A stretch of DNA of 64,000 nt. Origin: Halanaerobacter jeridensis. Lineage in GTDB: Bacteria > Bacillota > Halanaerobiia > Halobacteroidales > Halobacteroidaceae. Under the pieces are notes generated by a model. The model was given only the letters and a program-made list of their open reading frames with translations. It did no database searches and was not told the DNA's origin. The DNA lies in assembly GCF_016908315.1 (NCBI RefSeq), contig NZ_JAFBDQ010000005.1, positions 1 through 64,000 of the forward strand, given 5' to 3'. Below, one piece after another: positions 57,756 to 64,000 of the stretch. The translations under genes were made by a program, and so were the position numbers. Position 1 is the stretch's first letter, and each line of letters begins with the position of its first letter.

Positions 57756-58448
57756 CTCAATTAATATGATATAGTACTCTCGGCTAAATTAGTTGCTTAA
57801 TTCATAGTCTTGAGCCCAACTACTAACATTTTAAATATGAAAATTATTATAAATTTAGCCGAGAATCCTTATGATTTATTATATAATATATGTGCTTGAG
57901 ATGATTATAGTAGAGAAAAGTGGTTTATTACCCGTTATAAATCTATTGGACCAAATAATTTTCTGCATAGTTTAGTTGTTTAAATGAAAATTATGTTGCT
58001 CATATCTTCTCTGTGACCAGAATAATTAATAGCTATTTTAAAAATTAATATTCTTTCTTCCACTAGAGAATAATATTCAAGTTCTATTTTAAACGCTCAA
58101 GAAATAATTAATACTACTTCACTAACCCTAGTTTTATATTATTTATCCGCTACACTGTATGGCATGATTGCCGCTTATATTTTAAATTTAATCTACCAAA
58201 AATGCGGTCCAGTGAATTAAATCTTAGTTTAACCTACACTTTATTTTTAATAAATTGCAGGTTTTTCACTGCTTATCAGCAATTTATTAGTTACAAGGAC
58301 ATTAATCTTTGTTTTTTATTTCGAATATAATTTTCGGTTAAAAGCAAAATATTATAGTTGCTATCTGTAATCATTTCATTTTTTGCTTTTAATGGTCTTG
58401 AATTTAATTATCTATTATCCATTATTACTTAAACCTGGAGGTGAAATT

Positions 58449-59504
58449 TTGCTTTACACACAAAAAGATTATATGAAATTTGCTTTAATTGTGAGCGATT
58501 ATGAACAGAAAAAATATCCGCAGTCAAAATTAAGTTTGCACCTTTTAACTACTATCTTTCAGCATTCACTCAGGCAAGAAATAAATATTTTTTCCTGTAG
58601 CAAACAGCAGCGTGAAAATATAATCACCACTGCTTTTGATCATAATCAATACTATGAAAGCCGCGTTAAAAAGGCTAAGCAGGTGTTTTTAAATCAAGAA
58701 TATCTCAACAAATTAACATCTCAAGTAGAAACCGAATTAGAACTTTGTCAAAAAAATAATATCAATTTTTTAGAATATGAAAGCAAAGATTATCCGGCAC
58801 CACTGCAAGAAATTGCTACGCCACCTGTAGTCTTATTTTACCAGGGCCAACTCCCATCTGATGCCGCCCTGCAGCAATCCTTAGCCGTAGTAGGCTCGCG
58901 CGACTGTGAACAGTACGGTCAGAATATTGCCCATTCAGCCGGCAGAATCTTAAGTGAACACGGTTGGTGGAATATCAGCGGTTTAGCCGCTGGGTGTGAC
59001 ACGAATGGTCACTGGGGGTCACTAGAAGCCAACGGTTTAACCGGGGCAGTCTTGGCCCACGGCTTGGCAGCAGATATTTATCCCCCGGAAAATAAAGATT
59101 TAGCTGCAGAAATTATAAGTAGCGGCGGTTTTTTATTGTCCGAAGTTGCTCCTTCAACCTCCACAGCCCCCCACTTTTTCAAATGGCGGGATAGACTGCA
59201 GAGTGGGTTAACTAAAGGTATCTTTGTTGTAGAAACTGGCCGAACTGGAGGTACACTACACACAACTAACTATGCACTGCGGCAGGGAAAGCAAGTTTAT
59301 GTCTGGGAACCGACTACGCCAAGTATTTTACCTGAAGAAAAAATTGAAGGTAATTTGATGTTAGTCGGCCTTAAAGAACCAAATGACAATTTTAAGATTA
59401 AATCACAACAGCGCTTAGATAAAATTAACTCCCTTTCTTGTCCTCGGGAGTTAATAGACGAGTTTGAAAGATTACAGCAAGAAGAATTAACGTTTCAGTT
59501 TTAG
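58449..59504 (+). CDS. DprA/Smf-like Rossmann-fold DNA-processing protein
   Basis: LAVVGSRDCEQYGQNIAHSAG, ISGLAAGCDTNGHWGSL, YPPENKDLAAEI and FFKWRDRLQSGL match the DprA core pattern. The likely start is the TTG at 58449, 5 nt after GGAGGTG; the ORF-track start is 58383. Confidence 0.65.
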   Translation: MLYTQKDYMKFALIVSDYEQKKYPQSKLSLHLLTTIFQHSLRQEINIFSCSKQQRENIITTAFDHNQYYESRVKKAKQVFLNQEYLNKLTSQVETELELCQKNNINFLEYESKDYPAPLQEIATPPVVLFYQGQLPSDAALQQSLAVVGSRDCEQYGQNIAHSAGRILSEHGWWNISGLAAGCDTNGHWGSLEANGLTGAVLAHGLAADIYPPENKDLAAEIISSGGFLLSEVAPSTSTAPHFFKWRDRLQSGLTKGIFVVETGRTGGTLHTTNYALRQGKQVYVWEPTTPSILPEEKIEGNLMLVGLKEPNDNFKIKSQQRLDKINSLSCPRELIDEFERLQQEELTFQF

Positions 59505-59685
59505 AATCTGTCAGCGTTCAGTTGTCAACCTTCAACGGTTAGACGAAGACTCTATGAGCTCTGAGCAGTGAGGCAGGAGTTGAAATATTACTAGTTGAAA
59601 GCTCTTAGTTGTCAGCTCTCAGCACTTAGAAGAAAAGATAGGATATTGAAGTTAAGAACATAAAGGCAAACTCTTTTTAAGACAA

Positions 59686-59718
59686 AGAAGCCATGCCCTT
59701 TCGGGCATGGCTTCTTTT
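59686..59718 (+). terminator. intrinsic terminator between the convergent DprA-like and ATPase genes
   Basis: Stem AGAAGCCATGCCC (59686-59698) with GGGCATGGCTTCT (59703-59715), followed by TTT. Confidence 0.65.
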
Positions 59719-59779
59719 AGCTAGTTCTTTTTTAGCTTTTAGCTGACTACTACTGATAGTTGACAGCTAATTACAGCTA

Positions 59780-62485
59780 TTAAGTGCTGCTTTGTCTAAT
59801 CTTCAGTACCTGAATTATTACATTCGGAATAATAAATCCTAGTGAAATAGCCGGCCACATTCCTAACGGAATAGCCGTAGTCTTTAAAACTGTCTGTAAA
59901 AACGGATTATAAATAGCTAGTATCTGTAATAGAAAACTAACTACAATCGACAAGATCAAATATGGATTTTCTAATACTGACTTGTCATATCCAGTTCCCT
60001 TTTGCCGTCGAACATTAAAGGCATGCAGCAACTGGGTAAAGGAGAACACAGCAAAACTAATGGTGCGACTTAACTCCACACTATATCCGCTGTTTAAGAC
60101 TATTAAATAAGTAACCAAGGCTCCAGCAGCAATCAAACTACTGTGCAGCAAAATTTCTTTCTTAAAATCATCATGTAAAATCGGCTTATCAGGGTCACGC
60201 GGTGACCTGCTCATGACATTAGGTTCTGCTACTTCCCATCCTAAAGATAAAGCTGGGAAGACATCAATTACTAGGTTTAACCATAAAATCTGTAACGCTA
60301 ACATTGGAACAGGCACTTGTAGTACTATACCTAAGAAAATAAGAATAATTTTACTTAAGTTACTTGAAAAGAGATAGTACATAAACTTCTTAATATTATC
60401 AAAAATAATTCGCCCTTGCTTAATAGCACTAACAATTGTACTAAAGCTGTCATCAAGCAGGACTATATCTGCCGTATTCTTAGCTACAGAAGTACCGCGT
60501 TGGCCCATAGCTACTCCAATATCAGCTTTTTTCAAAGCTGGAGCATCATTAACGCCGTCACCAGTCATAGCCGTAATCTCATTATTTTGATTTAAAGCAT
60601 CAATAATTTCTAATTTATTTTCCGGCGACACTCTCGTAAATACCGAATGAGTCTTAATTGCACTACTACGCTCTGCTGTCGTCATAGCATCAAATTCTTG
60701 CCCTGATAAATCAGAGTTGCTATCTTTGCTAATCCCAACTTTTTCAGCAATAGAAACAGCAGTATCGCGTTGATCACCAGTAATCATTTTAGTTTCAATT
60801 CCTGCTGCTTGCGCTTCTTGAATTGCATTAGCTGCTTCTTGCCGCGGGGGATCCATAATACCAGCTAATCCTGCAAAAACCAAACTAGATTCAATTGCTT
60901 CCTCAATTTCAGCTTCAGTTTCCGCCCTCACATCGGCTCGATAAGCAACAGCTAAGACACGCAGGCCATTTTGGGCCAAGGCTTGATTGCGCTCGGTTAG
61001 CTCATCAATCCTCTGTTCGGTTAGTTCTTTCTTTCCGTCAGTAGTTAATTCCTGATCACACATTTCTAAAACTACATCCGGCGCACCTTTAACAAAAATA
61101 TAATCGCCGTCGGGAATCTCATAAGAGACAGCCATATATTTCAATTCCGAGCTAAAAGGAATCTCTTCTAAACGTTGATAATCATTATCTTCCATTTTTT
61201 CTTTATCATAACCAGCCTTGTGGGCAGCAGTTACTAATGCCCCTTCAGTTGGATCGCCTACTACTTTCCAAGCTCCTGTTTCATCTTGATTAATCGCAGC
61301 ATTGCTGCATAAAGCTCCTGACTGTAAAAAGAGATCTAAATTCTTTTTCTCAGTTGCAGTTAACTGACTACCGTCTGCATCTTCAAACTCACCCTGCGGC
61401 TCATAGCCCGTGCCCGTTACATTTATCTCAGCATCAGGCAGTATAATCTGGCGTAAAGTCATTTGATTTTCAGTAATTGTACCTGTTTTATCAGTACAAA
61501 TAGTAGTCGTTGAACCCAGTGTTTCTACTGCCGACAAACGCCTAACTAAGGCATTTTTATCTACCATTTTGTTCATGCCAATTGCTAAAGTGATAGTTGC
61601 TACAATTGGTAATCCCTCAGGCACAGAAGCAATTGCTAAGGCAATACCTGTTTTAATCATTTCTTTGATTGGCTGTCCGACCAAAATTCCAATCCCTGTC
61701 ACAATCACTGCCACTACCAAAGTGATTTTAACTAAGGCTTTACCCATTGTATCCAATCTTTCTTCGAGCGGAGTTTCTTCTTGTTCAGTCTCTTGCAGCA
61801 TGTCACTAATTTGGCCCATTTCAGTGTCAGTACCGGTTCCAGTTACCAGTACTTCCGCATTACCTCTGGTCACTGAAGTTCCCATATAGACCATATTCTC
61901 TCTTTCAGCTAAAGCTATCTCTTCATCAACCGTGAAATTATGGTCTTTCGCTACCGTCTCCGATTCTCCTGTTAAAAGTGATTCGTTAATCTGCAGTTTA
62001 TCCGCATCAAGCAGTCGACCATCAGCCGCAACCCGGTCCCCTTCTTCAATTACTAAGATATCACCAGGGACTACTTCAGTTGCTTCAATTTCAATCGTTT
62101 TTCCGCCGCGGATTACTTTTGCAGTTGGTGAAATCACCTCTTTTAAAGCGGCAAGAGATTTTTCAGCTTTATACTCAGTAATAAATCCAAAGGCTCCATT
62201 AAATATAATAACTGCTAACACAGCCGCCCCTTCTATTACATCACCAATCGCAAAAGCAGCAATTGCAGCAACTAACAAAATTAATACAATTATATCTTTA
62301 AACTGCTCTAATAGTACTTCCCAAATTGAGACTTCACTTTTTTCTTCTAACTTATTTGGCCCATATTCTTTTAATTTTTGTTGAGCTTCACTACTGCTCA
62401 GACCAGTTTCTGTATCAACTGCGAAGTTCTCTATTAATTGCTCTAAATCCTGTTGATAATAATCTTCAGTAGATTTAGATATAAT
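59780..62485 (-). CDS. P-type cation-transporting ATPase (Ca2+/type II-like, about 901 aa), apparent non-ATG start
   Basis: ICTDKTGTITENQM, MITGDQRDTA and TGDGVNDAPALKKADIGVAMG. The frame stays open upstream of the ORF-track start (..STEDYYQQDLEQLIENFAVDTETGLSSSEAQQKLKEYGPNKLEE..) back to ATT/ATA codons at 62485/62482, 4-7 nt after AAGGAGGG. There is no in-frame ATG, GTG or TTG there. Confidence 0.8.
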   Translation of the reverse strand: MISKSTEDYYQQDLEQLIENFAVDTETGLSSSEAQQKLKEYGPNKLEEKSEVSIWEVLLEQFKDIIVLILLVAAIAAFAIGDVIEGAAVLAVIIFNGAFGFITEYKAEKSLAALKEVISPTAKVIRGGKTIEIEATEVVPGDILVIEEGDRVAADGRLLDADKLQINESLLTGESETVAKDHNFTVDEEIALAERENMVYMGTSVTRGNAEVLVTGTGTDTEMGQISDMLQETEQEETPLEERLDTMGKALVKITLVVAVIVTGIGILVGQPIKEMIKTGIALAIASVPEGLPIVATITLAIGMNKMVDKNALVRRLSAVETLGSTTTICTDKTGTITENQMTLRQIILPDAEINVTGTGYEPQGEFEDADGSQLTATEKKNLDLFLQSGALCSNAAINQDETGAWKVVGDPTEGALVTAAHKAGYDKEKMEDNDYQRLEEIPFSSELKYMAVSYEIPDGDYIFVKGAPDVVLEMCDQELTTDGKKELTEQRIDELTERNQALAQNGLRVLAVAYRADVRAETEAEIEEAIESSLVFAGLAGIMDPPRQEAANAIQEAQAAGIETKMITGDQRDTAVSIAEKVGISKDSNSDLSGQEFDAMTTAERSSAIKTHSVFTRVSPENKLEIIDALNQNNEITAMTGDGVNDAPALKKADIGVAMGQRGTSVAKNTADIVLLDDSFSTIVSAIKQGRIIFDNIKKFMYYLFSSNLSKIILIFLGIVLQVPVPMLALQILWLNLVIDVFPALSLGWEVAEPNVMSRSPRDPDKPILHDDFKKEILLHSSLIAAGALVTYLIVLNSGYSVELSRTISFAVFSFTQLLHAFNVRRQKGTGYDKSVLENPYLILSIVVSFLLQILAIYNPFLQTVLKTTAIPLGMWPAISLGFIIPNVIIQVLKIRQSST

Positions 62486-62567
62486 TAATCCCTCCTTAGT
62501 AATTAGTAATTAAACATTATTAAGGAAATATATCTTTTTATTATTTTCTCTATCTGACAGAAATACT

Positions 62568-64000
62568 TTAATTCAAACTTTCTTCTATCCTTCGTTTGAG
62601 CTGCCTTTTGCACTGTTCAGCATTAAGGTAAAAACTAGCCCCCTGCAGGTTATAAATATCCCAGCCAACTCTAATTAACTGCCGCTGTTTTCTCTTATCC
62701 TCCCACCATTGTTCAGGCGAATAAAATTGATCACCAGCACACTCAATCGCCATTCGATTTTGTTCTCCTTTAACTACTAGGTCAAGCACATGATTGCCGA
62801 TTTGTTCCTTAACCGTTACATTGTATCCTTCAGCTTTTAACCACTGATAAACATCCTTTTCTAACTGTGTTTCACACTTAACGCTTCTGTTTTTCTGCTC
62901 TAAGTACTGATGATTTTTAATATAATCTAATAATTTATAGCGCATATCATCTTCATTATCTAATTCCTGCTCTAATTTAACCGAATGCACTAAAATCACT
63001 TGATCTCTAGCTCGACTAACTGCTACATTAAAACGCTGCCGGGCACTACTTCGCGTTAAAGCTCTAAAGCGCCGATTACTAGCAACCACCATTGATAATA
63101 GCATTACATCTCTTTCGTCTCCCTGGAATGTATAAGCATCACCAGCTAAAAATTTATGCTCTTCTTGCTCTTGGGGAGTTAGATAATCATCAATTTTAGC
63201 AGCAATATATTCCGCCTGCTTCTTTCCTTTAAGAGAGACAACCCCAAAAGTTTTATCCTGATACATTGGATCTTGGCTTAATTCCTTCACTTTCTCACAA
63301 ATAACTTCTGCTTCTCGTTTATTTACTTTACCCTTACTATCAATTTCTCCCTCTTTGAGGTAAATATTTTCTAAAGTTGGCTTTAATCTTTGCTCTTCGC
63401 GTACATTACGCAGCGGTAATATCTTTCCTTCATAGAAATTTTGATTGCTAAATTCAATAATTTCAGGCAGTGAGCGGAAATGTTCTTTTAACATTAAATT
63501 ATAGCGTCCGTCAAAGGTAGCTTTAGCAATATCATAAAGACTCGTCTTTAAATCCATCATATTTTTATTAGCTAAATCTTTTAAATGCTGTTCAATAAAG
63601 ACCTCAATCTTATCCCGAGAAATTCCTACTACGCTAGGGCTAATCTGTTTTTCATCTCCCACAACAATCACCTTTTTAGCCCGGGCCAAAGCCAATAATG
63701 CTGTGATATTCGACTGGCTAGCTTCATCAATGATTAGCACATCAAAAGAATTCATCTCCCGCGTAATCGTCTCCGACACACGATAAAGCGGCATAATCCA
63801 CGTGGGAACAGCATTTTTAGCCTTTTTCATATACTTTTGCGCTTCTTTACTCCATTTAGCAGCATTCTTCCCCGTACCTTTACCAATTCTATTAACTGCA
63901 TGTTTCCATTTCTTCAAGGCATTAATATCAGCCTGTGAAGTATTTTCTTTTAATTTCAATTTCACTTTAGCTAAAACTAATTTACGCTTTAAATTAGTTA
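62568..64000 (-). CDS. SF1 (Upf1/DNA2-like) helicase C-terminal half fused to a Vsr/DUF559-like endonuclease domain (5' end outside the window)
   Basis: VLIIDEASQSNI, VVGDEKQISP and RFNVAVSRARDQVILV helicase motifs. The C-terminal EKDVYQWLKAEGYNVTVKEQIGNHVLDLVVKGEQNRMAIECAGDQFY has a PD-(D/E)xK-like pattern. The frame is open to base 64000. Confidence 0.7.
   Translation of the reverse strand, partial: TNLKRKLVLAKVKLKLKENTSQADINALKKWKHAVNRIGKGTGKNAAKWSKEAQKYMKKAKNAVPTWIMPLYRVSETITREMNSFDVLIIDEASQSNITALLALARAKKVIVVGDEKQISPSVVGISRDKIEVFIEQHLKDLANKNMMDLKTSLYDIAKATFDGRYNLMLKEHFRSLPEIIEFSNQNFYEGKILPLRNVREEQRLKPTLENIYLKEGEIDSKGKVNKREAEVICEKVKELSQDPMYQDKTFGVVSLKGKKQAEYIAAKIDDYLTPQEQEEHKFLAGDAYTFQGDERDVMLLSMVVASNRRFRALTRSSARQRFNVAVSRARDQVILVHSVKLEQELDNEDDMRYKLLDYIKNHQYLEQKNRSVKCETQLEKDVYQWLKAEGYNVTVKEQIGNHVLDLVVKGEQNRMAIECAGDQFYSPEQWWEDKRKQRQLIRVGWDIYNLQGASFYLNAEQCKRQLKRRIEESLN

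Noticed and set aside
61569-62384. Plus-strand ORFs 61569-61889 and 61932-62384
   Set aside because: They are antisense to the well-supported P-type ATPase gene and show no independent coding signal.

Overview
64 kb of low-GC (about one-third GC by eye) sequence that looks like an anaerobic Firmicute. Most genes are on the minus strand. (1) Bases 1501-13801 form an integron-like platform. It has a tyrosine recombinase gene, an adjacent attI-like site, and at least seven gene cassettes, each ending in a ~135-bp attC-like site. The stems of these sites covary, and their outer flanks are complementary to the neighbouring site. The cassettes carry a Gabija pair (gajA/gajB), a wHTH-Mrr-like nuclease, a two-gene module with a YaaC-like protein, a secreted coiled-coil repeat protein, an Asp23-like protein and two ORF-poor cassettes. 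The recombinase lacks the insertion that defines canonical IntI and lies in the same orientation as the cassettes. This is my top candidate for an undescribed system. A truncated IS110-family element sits at the distal end. (2) 14-18 kb holds decayed genes: an MCP remnant, a P-loop remnant and a TetR gene with a nonsense codon. (3) 18-27 kb is a minus-strand block of an NfeD-like protein, a flotillin-like SPFH protein and a 1624-aa AAA+ protein. It is preceded by a ~0.45-kb strand-asymmetric modular repeat and a membrane coiled-coil protein. (4) 29.5-36 kb is a toxin-like module: a lipoprotein, a 1372-aa class-3 lipase protein with repeated GDYG modules, and a GDYG+DUF4280 (PAAR-like) protein split by a 355-bp IS605-derived miniature element that keeps an omega-RNA-like scaffold. 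(5) 41-51.7 kb is a [NiFe]-hydrogenase plus hypABFCDE locus carrying several lesions: an IS200/IS605 insertion with loss of part of hypF, a G7 frameshift, and in-frame TAG codons in hypB and the large subunit. (6) Three tandem double-LysM paralogues, a DprA-like gene, a P-type ATPase with an apparent non-ATG start, and a partial SF1 helicase-endonuclease complete the window. Two window-wide observations: the heptamer TTGGCCC/GGGCCAA is very abundant outside the cassette array, and four frameshifts fall in homopolymer runs, so some may be assembly errors. All calls rest on reading the translations and sequence by eye. No database search was run.
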